DNA of 64,000 bases from Candidatus Eiseniibacteriota bacterium (GCA_016215625.1 JACRIW010000042.1:3463-67462); one strand, 5' to 3'; shown: positions 1-8,947, counted from the first letter of the stretch. A program made the numbers and translations. The notes: generated from the sequence alone by a model not told the origin.

Positions 1-41
1 CGGAGAAGGCGCTCATGGTGAGGCTGGCCGCGAAGGACTGA
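1..41 (+). CDS. 3' end of an unidentified CDS entering from upstream of the window (...EKALMVRLAAKD*)
   Basis: The frame is open from base 3 to TGA at 39-41, with G/C at every third position. It is convergent with the ADH gene and separated from it by a perfect hairpin. Only 12 codons are visible. A minus-strand ATG at 14-16 is an alternative reading. Confidence 0.25.
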   Translation, partial: EKALMVRLAAKD

Positions 42-50
42 GCTTCGCAG

Positions 51-77
51 GGCACGCGGGCGCCGGGCCCGCGTGCC
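51..77. terminator. GC-rich hairpin between convergent gene ends (11-bp perfect stem, 5-nt loop)
   Basis: ggcacgcgggc (51-61) pairs perfectly with gcccgcgtgcc (67-77); the loop is gccgg. It lies 8 nt beyond the ADH stop (85-87, minus). There is no U-tract. Confidence 0.45.
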
Positions 78-84
78 CCGTCCT

Positions 85-1191
85 TCACGACTTGAGCTTC
101 TTCATGTCGATCACGAAGCGGTACTTCACGTCGCTCTTGAGCATCCGCTCGTACGCCTTGTTCACGTACGACGGGGCGATGAGCTCGATGTCCGACACGA
201 TGCCGTGCTCGGCGCAGTAGTCGAGCATCTGCTGGGTCTCGCGGATGCCGCCGATGAGCGAACCGGTGAGGTGCTTGCGCCCGAAGATCAGGTTGGACGC
301 CACGACCGGATGTGGGTCCTGCGGGGCGCCGACGAGCGCCATCGTGCCGCCGCGCTTGAGCAGCCTCAGGTACGCGTTCAGGTCGTGCACGGCCGAGACG
401 GTGTCGAGGATGAAGTCGAACGTGCCGAGGTGCTTCTCCATGTCGGCGGCGTTCGTGGAGACCACCAGTTCCTTCGCGCCGAGCGCGAGTGCCGAGTCGC
501 GCTTGCCGCTCGTCGTGGAGAACACGACGACGTGCGCGCCCATCGCGGCGGCGAACTTGACGCCCATGTGCCCGAGACCGCCGAGGCCGACGATGCCGAC
601 CTTCTGCCCGGGGCGAAGGTTCGCGCGCTTGAGCGGGGAATACGTCGTGATGCCGGCGCAGAGCAGGGGAGCCGCGGCAGCGGGGTCGAGCTCGGACGAG
701 AGCCGCAGCACGAACGCCTCGTCCACGACGATGCTCTCCGAGTAGCCGCCGTGCGTGACGCCACCGACGTGCGGGTCGGGGGAGTTGTACGTGAACACCG
801 CGGGCGCGGCGCAGAACTGTTCGAGTCCTTCGCGGCAGGCTTCGCACGTGCGGCAAGAGTCCACCATGCAGCCGACGGCGGCCATGTCGCCGACGCGGAA
901 CTTGCTCACCGCGGAGCCGACGTGCGTCACGCGCCCGACCATCTCGTGACCGGGCACGCAGGGATAGACCGTCGGGCCCGTATTGTTCCACTCGTCGCGC
1001 GCCTGGTGCAGGTCGGAGTGGCAGATGCCGCAGAACAGGATCTCGATGCGCACGTCGGTGGGCAGCGGTTCGCGGCGGCGGATCGTGGTGGGAGCGAACG
1101 GTTCGGTCGCGCTCGGAACGGCGAGCGCGCGGGCTTCGTAGGTCGGGACGCTGCCGGTGGTCACCGGCGTGGCGTTCGTGGTCTCGGACAT
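85..1191 (-). CDS. Zn-dependent NAD(P) alcohol dehydrogenase (MDR family, YahK/cinnamyl-ADH-like)
   Basis: Track ORF 85..1986(-) trimmed to the ATG at 1191 (MSETTN...), which is preceded by AGGAGG. Motifs: CGICHSDLH, GHEMVGRV, structural-Zn cysteines CRTCEACREG, Rossmann GLGGLGHMG. Confidence 0.93.
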   Translation of the reverse strand: MSETTNATPVTTGSVPTYEARALAVPSATEPFAPTTIRRREPLPTDVRIEILFCGICHSDLHQARDEWNNTGPTVYPCVPGHEMVGRVTHVGSAVSKFRVGDMAAVGCMVDSCRTCEACREGLEQFCAAPAVFTYNSPDPHVGGVTHGGYSESIVVDEAFVLRLSSELDPAAAAPLLCAGITTYSPLKRANLRPGQKVGIVGLGGLGHMGVKFAAAMGAHVVVFSTTSGKRDSALALGAKELVVSTNAADMEKHLGTFDFILDTVSAVHDLNAYLRLLKRGGTMALVGAPQDPHPVVASNLIFGRKHLTGSLIGGIRETQQMLDYCAEHGIVSDIELIAPSYVNKAYERMLKSDVKYRFVIDMKKLKS

Positions 1192-1298
1192 GGGTGCACC
1201 TCCTGTGTCGTCCGGCACCCTAGTCCACCGCAGGGGGCACGTCATGGAGCGGCGATGCCCGACCGGTGACGGAGCGCACCGATGCGGGACTCGGTGGC

Positions 1299-1694
1299 TC
1301 AGCCCGAGTACTGCTCGTCGGAGACGTGCTCGAGCCAGTCCACCGTCCTGCCGTCGACGGCCTCGTGCACCGCGACGTGCGTCATCGCGGTCGAGGGCGA
1401 AGCGCCGTGCCAATGCTTCTCGCCCGGGGCGAACGTGACGACGTCGCCGGGGCGCAGTTCCTCGATCGGGCCGCCCCAGGACTGCGTGCGCCCCAGCCCC
1501 GCGGTGACGATGAGCGTCTGGCCGAGCGGGTGCGTGTGCCACGCGGTCCGCGCGCCGGGCTCGAACGTGACGCTCGCGGCGTTCACACGCGACGGCTCCT
1601 TCGCCTGAAGCAGCGGATCGATGCGCACTGCGCCGGTGAAGTAGTCCGCGGTTCCCTTGCCGGAAAGCTGGGTGCCGTTTCGCTTGAGATCCAT
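1299..1694 (-). CDS. Cupin-domain protein
   Basis: 131-aa ORF with cupin motifs ([16 protein letters not shown] ... PGEKHWHGA). GGGAGA Shine-Dalgarno upstream of the ATG. Confidence 0.85.
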   Translation of the reverse strand: MDLKRNGTQLSGKGTADYFTGAVRIDPLLQAKEPSRVNAASVTFEPGARTAWHTHPLGQTLIVTAGLGRTQSWGGPIEELRPGDVVTFAPGEKHWHGASPSTAMTHVAVHEAVDGRTVDWLEHVSDEQYSG

Positions 1695-2111
1695 GAACGT
1701 GAGTTCTCCCGTGGCGAGACGCGAAAGTGCCGGGCGACGCGTCGACCCGGCGGGCGCGCAGACTAGCCCGTCCGCCCCTCGCTCGGGGGCCCGGGATGAC
1801 GAGAATGGCGCCGGGGGTGAAATAGTCCTCGCAGACTTCGTTCGACCGCCGTACGATGTCGGCTCGGTGGTGAGGAGAGCGACAAGAAAGTGGCGAGAGC
1901 CGCTGCCGCTCCTCTCCGCACACCCCGGCTCCCCCCCTCCGGACTCTGGCGCACCGATGCTTCACTTCTCCGCCAACGCGGAGCACTCACGGTGCCGGGC
2001 CCCCGACTCGAACGCCCCGCCCGCCGCGCGTCGCCTCGTGCTTCCGTTTCCGACCTTCGGAACGGCCTCCAGGAAGCGGAGAAGGGCCATTCGAGAAATG
2101 GTGGGTCCCAC

Positions 2112-2732
2112 ATGAATCGACCGCTCCTGATGTTCGCCGCTTCGCTGTGCCTGATCGGTGCCGCGCTGGACACGACGTCCGTCACTGCCGCCAACCTCCT
2201 CACGAACGCCGAGTTCGAAACCGGCACGCTCGCTCCGTGGGCGGGTGTCGGTGGGCTCGGCCCGAACGCGACGGTCACCGTGCAGTCACCGGCCAACGGT
2301 CCGACGCTGCCGGGACCGCACAGCGCGTTCCTCGAAAACCGCGCCGAAGCCAACGGCCTCACCATGGCGCAGACGACGCCCAACGGCACGGCGGTGCCCG
2401 GCACGGTCTTCTACTCGTACGACCTCAAGCTCGGGTCGGCGTTGAATGGTGGCGTGTTCTTCGTGGAGATCTTCGCGCAGAACGCCGCCGGCGCCGTCAT
2501 CGGCAACGCGGGGCTGCAGGGCAACTACTCGCCGGCCGGCTGGACGCATTTCAGCGGGTCGTTCGTCGCCCCGACCAACACCGATCACCTGACGATCCAG
2601 TTCGAAGCGCCGACGGGCGCCGTGTTCGGCAGCGTCTCGTCGATGTCCGTGGACAACGTGAACCTCAACCAGGGTGCGCTCACCTCGGCGAGCACGTCGA
2701 CCTGGGGACGCGTGAAGAGCTTGTACCGGTAG
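2112..2732 (+). CDS. Secreted stand-alone CBM4/9-like carbohydrate-binding beta-sandwich protein ending in STWGRVKSLYR
   Basis: In-frame ATG at 2112 gives signal peptide MNRPLLMFAASLCLIGAALDTTSVTA. NLLTNAEFETGTLAPWAG is typical of CBM4/9-type modules. The upstream part of track ORF 1890.. is Arg/Pro-rich filler. Confidence 0.8.
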   Translation: MNRPLLMFAASLCLIGAALDTTSVTAANLLTNAEFETGTLAPWAGVGGLGPNATVTVQSPANGPTLPGPHSAFLENRAEANGLTMAQTTPNGTAVPGTVFYSYDLKLGSALNGGVFFVEIFAQNAAGAVIGNAGLQGNYSPAGWTHFSGSFVAPTNTDHLTIQFEAPTGAVFGSVSSMSVDNVNLNQGALTSASTSTWGRVKSLYR

Positions 2733-2777
2733 GGACCCGCCGCGAGGCATCCCGCCGGATGGCGCGAAATCGTGCAT

Positions 2778-2801
2778 GGCCGCCTTCGATCGAAGGCGGC
2801 C
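2778..2801 (+). terminator. Perfect 24-nt palindrome/hairpin downstream of the CBM gene
   Basis: ggccgccttcga|tcgaaggcggcc is a perfect inverted repeat, followed by gtacgctttcccc. It lies 46 nt after the stop at 2732. Confidence 0.5.
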
Positions 2802-2894
2802 GTACGCTTTCCCCATGCGAGATCCTGGCGCGGTTCGCTATGGTCGGACGTGCACGTCGGGACGGCGGTCCCGCCACCCGTGGGGAGGGGCTCG

Positions 2895-3332
2895 ATGAAG
2901 AAGTCCGAAGTCGTGGGGTCGCCGTCGGCGATGATCGACGGCCGCATCGCCGAGCTGGACGACTGGCGTGGCGAGATCCTCGCGAAGGTGCGCGCCGTGA
3001 TCCGCAAGGCGGATCCCGCCATCGTCGAGGAGTGGAAGTGGAACGTCCCCGTGTGGTCGTGTGACGGGATCCTGTGCACGGGCGAGACGTACAAGGCCGC
3101 GGTCAAGCTCACGTTCGCGAAAGGCGCTTCGCTCGCCGACCCGAAGGGGCTCTTCAACTCGAGCCTCGAGGGTGCGACACGCCGTGCGCTCGACCTGCGC
3201 GAGGGCGACAAGCTCGACGGCCCCGGACTCACCGCGCTCGTCCGCGAGGCGGTGGCGCTGAACCGGGCGGGGAAGAGCGCGGCGAAAGCGCCGAAAGCGA
3301 AGCCCGGCCTGAAGCAGTCCACGAAGCGCTGA
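2895..3332 (+). CDS. DUF1801 (YdhG-like) domain protein
   Basis: ATG at 2895 after GGGGAGGGG. EEWKWNVPVWSCDG...AVKLTFAKGASL matches my recollection of the YdhG/DUF1801 family. The C-terminal tail is Lys/Ala-rich. Confidence 0.8.
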   Translation: MKKSEVVGSPSAMIDGRIAELDDWRGEILAKVRAVIRKADPAIVEEWKWNVPVWSCDGILCTGETYKAAVKLTFAKGASLADPKGLFNSSLEGATRRALDLREGDKLDGPGLTALVREAVALNRAGKSAAKAPKAKPGLKQSTKR

Positions 3333-3381
3333 CCCCGCCGCCGCCGGCTGCGGCGAGCCACACGGACGTGCGCCGCTCGTG

Positions 3382-3387
3382 TAGATT
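3382..3387 (+). promoter_or_regulatory. Predicted -10 hexamer TAGATT 7 nt upstream of the K1 ATG (leaderless-type arrangement)
   Basis: gtgTAGATTgcgctccATG. No purine-rich SD lies between the hexamer and the ATG. The same geometry recurs at six other genes (see findings). Confidence 0.35.
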
Positions 3388-3394
3388 GCGCTCC

Positions 3395-5887
3395 ATGCGA
3401 CTCGAACCCGGCACTCGCATCGGTCCCTACGAAATCGTCGCACCGCTCGGGCAGGGCGGCATGGGCGACGTGTATCGCGCGCGTGACACACGGCTCGGCC
3501 GCGAGGTCGCGATCAAGACGCTCCCCGCCGACGTGGCCGCGGATCCCGAGCGCCGTGCCCGGTTCGAGACGGAAGCGCGCGCCGTCGCAGCGCTCTCGCA
3601 CCCGAACATCCTCGCCATCCACGACCTGGGAGAGGAGGGCGGTGTCACCTTCACGGTCGCCGAACTGGTCGAAGGGCAGACGCTCCGCGAGCGCCTCGCC
3701 GACGGCCCGCTCGCGCCGTCACGCGCCGCGATGCTCGCGGCGCAGGTCGCGCAGGGCCTCGCCGCGGCGCATGACCGGGGCATCGTCCACCGCGACCTCA
3801 AGCCCGAAAACGTCATGGTCACGCCCGAGGGGCGCGCCAAGATCCTCGACTTCGGGCTCGCCCGCCGCGACGAACCGATGTCCGCGGGCTCGCGCTCGCT
3901 CGCCCCGACCGTCGCCGCCTCGACCCAGCCCGGCACGGTGATGGGCACGGTGGGATACATGGCGCCGGAACAGGTGCGCGGCCAGGTCGTGGACGCGCGA
4001 GCCGACCTGTTCGCACTCGGCATCGTGCTCCACGAAATGCTCGCGGGGCGCGCGCCGTTCCTGCGCGAATCGGCCGCCGACACGATGAGCGCGATCCTTC
4101 GCGAGGATCCCGCGCCGCTCTCGCTCTGCGCGCCCGAGACGCCGCCCGCGCTGCAGCGCATCGTCGAGCGCTGTCTCGAGAAGCAGCCCGTGGCGCGCTT
4201 CCGCACCGCGGCCGACCTGGCATTCGCGCTCGAGTCGCTCGCGCACGGCAGCGCGAGCGGAGCGCAGGCGGCGGTCGAATCGCACGCGTCGTCGCCCCGC
4301 TTCCAACGCCTCACGTATCGCAACGGACACATCAGCGCCGCGCGCTTCACGCCCGACGGTGCGTCCGTGGTCTTCGGCGCCACGTGGGACGGGCGGCCGT
4401 TCGAAGTCTTCACGTCGCGCATCGGCAGCGCCGATTCGCGCGGGCTCGGCCTGCCCGCGGGCAGCCTGCTCGCGATGTCCACGTCGGGAGAGATGGCGCT
4501 TTCGCTCGGATTCCATCACCGCTCGTGGATGCAGCCGATCGGCACGCTCGCGCGCGCCTCGCTCGCCGGCGGCGGAGTGCGGCCGCTGCAGAAGGACGTG
4601 ATCGCGGCGGACTGGTCCCCGGATGGGAAGTCCATGGCCGTGATCCGTTTCCGCGGCAACGACTGCGTGCTCGAATACCCGCCGGGCAAGGCGCTCTTCC
4701 ACAGCGAGGGCTGGCTCAATCGCTGCCGAGTCTCGCCCGACGGGACGCGTGTCGCCTTCGCCAATCACGGCCGCACGGGCGAAGGCGAAGCCGACCTCTG
4801 CGTGGTGGATCGCGACGGCCGCGTGGCCACGTTGCAGCGCAGCATCATCAACTTCAGCGGCGTCGTCTGGTCGCCCTCGGGGGACCGCGTGTGGTGCTCC
4901 GGGCTCGACCCCGCGAATCGCCACGGCATCTGGAGCGTGGGGCTCGACGGCGCCGTGCACGACGTGCTCATGACCGCGACACGCATCTCGCTCCACGACC
5001 TGCGCCCGGACGGCCGCGCGCTCGTCAGCATGGACGAACTGCGCACGAGCATCTCCCTGAGCGACTCCGCCGACTCGCCCGAGGTGGATCTCGCCTGGTT
5101 CGACGGCTCGACGGCGTGCAGCTTCAGCGCGGACGGCGAACAGCTGCTCTTCGCCGAAGTGGCCGAGGCGGAGAACCCGCACTACGCCACCTACCTGCGT
5201 GGGGTGGACGGCTCGCCCGCCGTGCGTCTCGGCGAAGGGATCGGGCGCGCGGTTTCGGTGGACGGCGAGTGGGTGATCGCGATCACCCATACCGGGCGCC
5301 GCGGCGCCGTGCTCTATCCGACGGGCTTCGGCGAAACGCGCGAGCTCGAGTTCGAAGGCACGGGCACGCTGCTCTGGGCGACCTTCGCGCCCGACGGCGC
5401 GCACCTCTTCCACGTGTCCCAGCGCCCCGGCGAGTCGCCGGCGCTCTATCGCTCCACGCTCGAAGGCGGCGCTTCCGAACTGCTCTGGGACCAGCCGATG
5501 CGTTTCGAGCGCTTCATCGGTGCGCCCGTCTCGCCCGACGGCGAGCGCCTCGCGCTGCAGGGTCTGGACGGCCGGGGGTTCGAGCTGGCCTGGCGCAGCG
5601 GAGAAGCGCGCGCAATCCCCGGCTTCGGCGTGAACGAGATCGCCGTGAGTTACGACACCACGGATGGTGCGCTGTTCGTCTGCAACGACGACCCGCTCGC
5701 GCGCGTGCTCGTGAAGCTGGACCTCGCCACGGGCGCACGCACGCCGTGGCGCGCGCTGCGACTGCCGGACCCGCGGGGCGTGATCTACGTGGGCCCGCCT
5801 CGCATCGCCCCGAACGGTTCGCGCCTCGCGTACACGTACCTGCGGCTCCTGAACAACCTGTACGTGGTGGAAGGGCTGGGGGAGTAG
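3395..5887 (+). CDS. Ser/Thr protein kinase (Hanks type) fused to PD40/TolB-like beta-propeller, no obvious TM segment (K1)
   Basis: Starts MRLEPGTRIGPYEIVAPLGQGGMGDVYRARD. Kinase motifs VAIKTL, HRDLKPENV, DFGLA, APE. The C-terminal half has repeated SPDG/APDG PD40 motifs (DWSPDGKSMAV, RVSPDGTRVAF, PVSPDGERLAL, IAPNGSRLAY). No hydrophobic helix lies between the two domains. Confidence 0.92.
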   Translation: MRLEPGTRIGPYEIVAPLGQGGMGDVYRARDTRLGREVAIKTLPADVAADPERRARFETEARAVAALSHPNILAIHDLGEEGGVTFTVAELVEGQTLRERLADGPLAPSRAAMLAAQVAQGLAAAHDRGIVHRDLKPENVMVTPEGRAKILDFGLARRDEPMSAGSRSLAPTVAASTQPGTVMGTVGYMAPEQVRGQVVDARADLFALGIVLHEMLAGRAPFLRESAADTMSAILREDPAPLSLCAPETPPALQRIVERCLEKQPVARFRTAADLAFALESLAHGSASGAQAAVESHASSPRFQRLTYRNGHISAARFTPDGASVVFGATWDGRPFEVFTSRIGSADSRGLGLPAGSLLAMSTSGEMALSLGFHHRSWMQPIGTLARASLAGGGVRPLQKDVIAADWSPDGKSMAVIRFRGNDCVLEYPPGKALFHSEGWLNRCRVSPDGTRVAFANHGRTGEGEADLCVVDRDGRVATLQRSIINFSGVVWSPSGDRVWCSGLDPANRHGIWSVGLDGAVHDVLMTATRISLHDLRPDGRALVSMDELRTSISLSDSADSPEVDLAWFDGSTACSFSADGEQLLFAEVAEAENPHYATYLRGVDGSPAVRLGEGIGRAVSVDGEWVIAITHTGRRGAVLYPTGFGETRELEFEGTGTLLWATFAPDGAHLFHVSQRPGESPALYRSTLEGGASELLWDQPMRFERFIGAPVSPDGERLALQGLDGRGFELAWRSGEARAIPGFGVNEIAVSYDTTDGALFVCNDDPLARVLVKLDLATGARTPWRALRLPDPRGVIYVGPPRIAPNGSRLAYTYLRLLNNLYVVEGLGE

Positions 5888-6003
5888 ACCGGCCGCCGGT
5901 CCGTGTCGGGTGATTTTCGCCGTCAACCTTTCCGTCCGTCGTGCCATCCTATCCACCGACGCTCCCCGCGCCGGTGGAGCGCGTCCATCCTCCGGAGGTC
6001 TCC

Positions 6004-6453
6004 GTGCGCCATCGGTTCGCCCTGCTCACCGCGCTCGCGCTTGTCGCCACGTTCTCGACCGCCGTACAGGCGGGCGGGATCCACGCCAAGGTCGAAGGCC
6101 CCGCCGCCGACGGCCGCACCTATACGGTCCGCATGGTCGGCTGCGCATCGGACGACTCGTTCGAACCCTGGGGAGCCGCCGAGGGCCTCGTGCAAGGCGA
6201 GCGCGCCACGAAGCTGCTTCGTTTCGAGCCCACGGGGGAGCACGGCGTGTTCACCTTCACCCGAAACTGGCCGGAGCAGGGCAAGTGGTTGATTCGCCTT
6301 TCGCCCGGGCACCCGCCCGCGCCTGCGACGGTCGTGCAGTTGAGCCGGGACGGGAAGGCCGGGAAGCACAAGTTCTACTTGAAGAGCGACGGCATCCGCG
6401 AAAGCCACCGCACCCTGCTCCCGAACGAGAAGCGCGAAGAAGGAGACTGCTGA
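6004..6453 (+). CDS. Hypothetical secreted protein
   Basis: GTG at 6004 follows GGAGG by 7 nt and yields signal peptide (M)RHRFALLTALALVATFSTAVQA. GC3 is high throughout. I recognise no family. Confidence 0.65.
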   Translation: MRHRFALLTALALVATFSTAVQAGGIHAKVEGPAADGRTYTVRMVGCASDDSFEPWGAAEGLVQGERATKLLRFEPTGEHGVFTFTRNWPEQGKWLIRLSPGHPPAPATVVQLSRDGKAGKHKFYLKSDGIRESHRTLLPNEKREEGDC

Positions 6454-6556
6454 ACACCGCACGCCGCTGTGCGACAACGGTTTCGGGCGCACGTCTCAGG
6501 AATCACCCGAGATGCGAGCGAGGTCTCGGGAACCACCACTCTTCTAATTAGTCCGG

Positions 6557-6599
6557 GCGGCGCGGAGCGACAGGGTCGCTCGGCGCCGCTTCGGCTTTT
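6557..6599 (+). terminator. Intrinsic-terminator-like hairpin plus T-tract
   Basis: gcggcgcggagcgac / gtcgctcggcgccgc form a 15-bp stem with 1 mismatch and a 3-nt loop, followed by ttcggcttttc. Confidence 0.5.
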
Positions 6600-6700
6600 C
6601 GGCGTGGCGGCATCCCCGGCGTATCTGGGACGTGAGTGTGCACACCTCTTCATTTGCCCATCGCCGTGCGATCCCGCACCGCGGCACCCACGAGGAGCCC

Positions 6701-6919
6701 ATGACCACCCGCTTCCAGCTCGAGGTGAACCTCGACAGCGAGAGCATCGCCAGCGTGCAGGACCTCGCGCGCGCGCTGCAACAGGCAGCCGATCGCCTCG
6801 TGCAGACCTGCGGCAGCGACTGCGAGTTCTCGCCCCGGTGCACGAAGTGCTGGACTGACCTGCCGCTCGTGGACGAACGCGGCACGAGAATCGGCACGGG
6901 AACGATCCTCGTGGAGTAA
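6701..6919 (+). CDS. Small (72 aa) hypothetical protein with CxxxC...CxxC cysteine cluster
   Basis: ATG at 6701 after GAGGAG. GC3 rises sharply from this codon on, and the upstream part of track ORF 6632.. has mixed third positions. Cys cluster TCGSDCEFSPRCTKCW. Confidence 0.5.
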   Translation: MTTRFQLEVNLDSESIASVQDLARALQQAADRLVQTCGSDCEFSPRCTKCWTDLPLVDERGTRIGTGTILVE

Positions 6920-7049
6920 CCTGCCCGGCAGGTCCGACCTCTCTTCGGAACTGCGACGACCCGAACCGGAGTCATTCGCGCCGAGCGCGCGCACGCCCGA
7001 TCTCCCCCCCAACGGCGGCGTGGCGGCGGCATACCGAGGGAGAAGTGTC

Positions 7050-7946
7050 ATGTCTTCGAGCCGCGTTCCATTCATTCCGCTGGCCCTGCTGCTCCTGTCG
7101 CTGACGCCGCTGCGCGCTTCCGCCGTCGTCACGGTGTACTTCAGTCCCGACCAGGTCGCGACGCTCGTGAACTCCGGCGTCACGTCGGACGAGATCACGT
7201 GCAACGGCTACTCGTTCACGTACACGCGCGACAAGCTCTTCACCGGAGGCACCGGAACCGTGATCGGGCGTCCGGTGCGCGTGACGTGGCCCACGGGCAT
7301 CGAGGCGCAGTACGTCACGACGGGGCCGAATCCCAGCAAGGCGCAGATCACTGTGAAACGCGTGGACGGCGCCGTGTTCGCGCTCACGTCGTTCACCGCG
7401 AAGCTCCTCGCGAATGCGGGAGCGGGTCGTGCGATCGAGATCGTGCCGCTGCTCGGCGGACAGGAGTTGCTCAACGATCCGCTCTACTTCGACGTCACCG
7501 GGTATGCGGGCAACAGCTTCTCGTACGACACGACGCCGAACCCGTGGGGATGCACGGCGCCACTCACGGGCTACGACGAATACCGGATCGGACTCACGCT
7601 CGACTACGCACTGACCGCGCTCACGCTCACGGACGATTCCGCGCCGCTCGGCGTGGAGCCGGGACCGGCGGCGGCGCGCACGAGCGGGCTGTCGCTGTCA
7701 CCCAATCCGGCAGGCGGACCGGTGCGCATCGTCGACGCACTCGGAGTCGCCGCCGCGCACGGACGGCTCGCCGTGTATGCCGCGACCGGTGCGCGCGTGC
7801 GGACGCTCACCTGCGATGGCTCGGGCCTCGCGACCTGGAACCTCGACGACGAGAACGGTCGTGCGGTCGCGGCGGGCCTGTACTTCGTCCGGCGCGAGGG
7901 AACGACCCGGGCGGGCGACGTCCGCCGCGTGGTGGTGATGCGCTGA
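7050..7946 (+). CDS. Secreted hypothetical protein with FlgD-Ig/T9SS-like C-terminal domain
   Basis: ATG at 7050 after GAGGGAGA. Signal peptide MSSSRVPFIPLALLLLSLTPLRASA. The C-terminus LSLSPNPAGGPVRI...LAVYAATGARVRTL...WNLDDENGRAVAAGLYFVRRE...VVVMR fits the CTD pattern shared by six other genes here. Confidence 0.8.
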   Translation: MSSSRVPFIPLALLLLSLTPLRASAVVTVYFSPDQVATLVNSGVTSDEITCNGYSFTYTRDKLFTGGTGTVIGRPVRVTWPTGIEAQYVTTGPNPSKAQITVKRVDGAVFALTSFTAKLLANAGAGRAIEIVPLLGGQELLNDPLYFDVTGYAGNSFSYDTTPNPWGCTAPLTGYDEYRIGLTLDYALTALTLTDDSAPLGVEPGPAAARTSGLSLSPNPAGGPVRIVDALGVAAAHGRLAVYAATGARVRTLTCDGSGLATWNLDDENGRAVAAGLYFVRREGTTRAGDVRRVVVMR

Positions 7947-7971
7947 AGTTCCGTTCAGCCAGGGGCGCGCG

Positions 7972-7988
7972 CGCCCGACTTTCGGGCG
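7972..7988 (+). terminator. Hairpin cgcccga-ctt-tcgggcg inside a longer imperfect GC palindrome
   Basis: 7-bp stem with a 3-nt loop, 26 nt after the stop at 7946. The flanking agccagg / cctctggct could extend the stem. It sits just upstream of the next gene's -10-like box. Confidence 0.4.
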
Positions 7989-8002
7989 GCCTCTGGCTCG
8001 GC

Positions 8003-8008
8003 TAACGT
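8003..8008 (+). promoter_or_regulatory. Predicted -10 hexamer TAACGT 6 nt upstream of ATG 8015 (leaderless-type)
   Basis: ggcTAACGTgcgggcATG, with no SD. Confidence 0.3.
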
Positions 8009-8014
8009 GCGGGC

Positions 8015-8914
8015 ATGCACGCCGTATCGATCCCGCTTCGCGACACTTGGCCCCGTTCGTCGCGCCCCGCTTCCCGGGTTCGAAGCATCGCGGTCCTCAC
8101 GCTCGCGCTGGGTGCCGTGCTCCTTCGCCCGGTGCCAGCAGTCGCGGCGAGTCGCCCCACATCCGACACGCTCACCGTCGTCACGATCAACCTCTGGCAC
8201 GACCAGCACGATTGGCCGAAGCGCCTCGCGGTGATCCTCGCCGAGTTGCGGCGGCTGAAGCCCGACGTCGTGCTCCTGCAGGAAGTACTGCAGCACGCGA
8301 CGCTGCGCAACCAGGCCGAGACGCTCGGGGACAGCCTCGGCTTCGGCGTGCAGTTCGCGTCCGTGGACGGTCCCGAGCGCACGAAGCGCTACGGCAACGC
8401 CATCCTCACGCCGCATCGCGTGCTCATGGGCGAGCAGCGCAACCTCGCACCCACGGACGACTATCGCGCGGTCGCGCACGTGCGCTTCGCCTGGCGCGGG
8501 CGTGAGGTCGACGCCTACGCGACGCACCTGCACCACACGAAGGAAGGCGGCGCGATCCGCGCCACGCAGATCCGCCACCTGCTCGCGTACGTGGACTCGA
8601 CGCGCGGCAGGGGCCCCGTCGTGGTGGGCGGCGACTTCAACTGCGAACTCGGCACGCCCGAGATGAACCTGGTGACCGCGCAATGGCGTGATGCCTTCCG
8701 CGCCGTGCATCCAGACGCGACGCGCGAAGAAGCCGCGACCTACAACCCGGTGTTCGGTGCGGACGTCGGCGTGATCGACCACGTGTTCGTGGAAGCCGCA
8801 CCGAAGCGCAAGGTCACACCGGTCTCGTGCGACGTGATCTTCCGCACGATCGCCGCGGACAGCGTGTGGGCGTCGGACCACTTCGGCGTGGTGGCGAGAC
8901 TCGTCTACCGCTGA
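8015..8914 (+). CDS. Secreted endonuclease/exonuclease/phosphatase (EEP) family protein
   Basis: EEP landmarks: TVVTINLWHD, VVLLQEV, GNAILT, VGGDFN, ASDHFGV. The N-terminus has a hydrophobic signal-like segment IAVLTLALGAVLL. Confidence 0.9.
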   Translation: MHAVSIPLRDTWPRSSRPASRVRSIAVLTLALGAVLLRPVPAVAASRPTSDTLTVVTINLWHDQHDWPKRLAVILAELRRLKPDVVLLQEVLQHATLRNQAETLGDSLGFGVQFASVDGPERTKRYGNAILTPHRVLMGEQRNLAPTDDYRAVAHVRFAWRGREVDAYATHLHHTKEGGAIRATQIRHLLAYVDSTRGRGPVVVGGDFNCELGTPEMNLVTAQWRDAFRAVHPDATREEAATYNPVFGADVGVIDHVFVEAAPKRKVTPVSCDVIFRTIAADSVWASDHFGVVARLVYR

Positions 8915-8947
8915 GCGAAGCCACCGCACCTTCACCCGGGAGCGCAC

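Noticed and set aside
14-16. Minus-strand ATG at 14-16 as the start of a gene leaving the window on the left.
   Set aside because: No SD or -10-like box is visible upstream. The plus-strand reading, which ends at TGA 39-41 and is followed by a shared hairpin, is more parsimonious. Too little sequence is available to decide.
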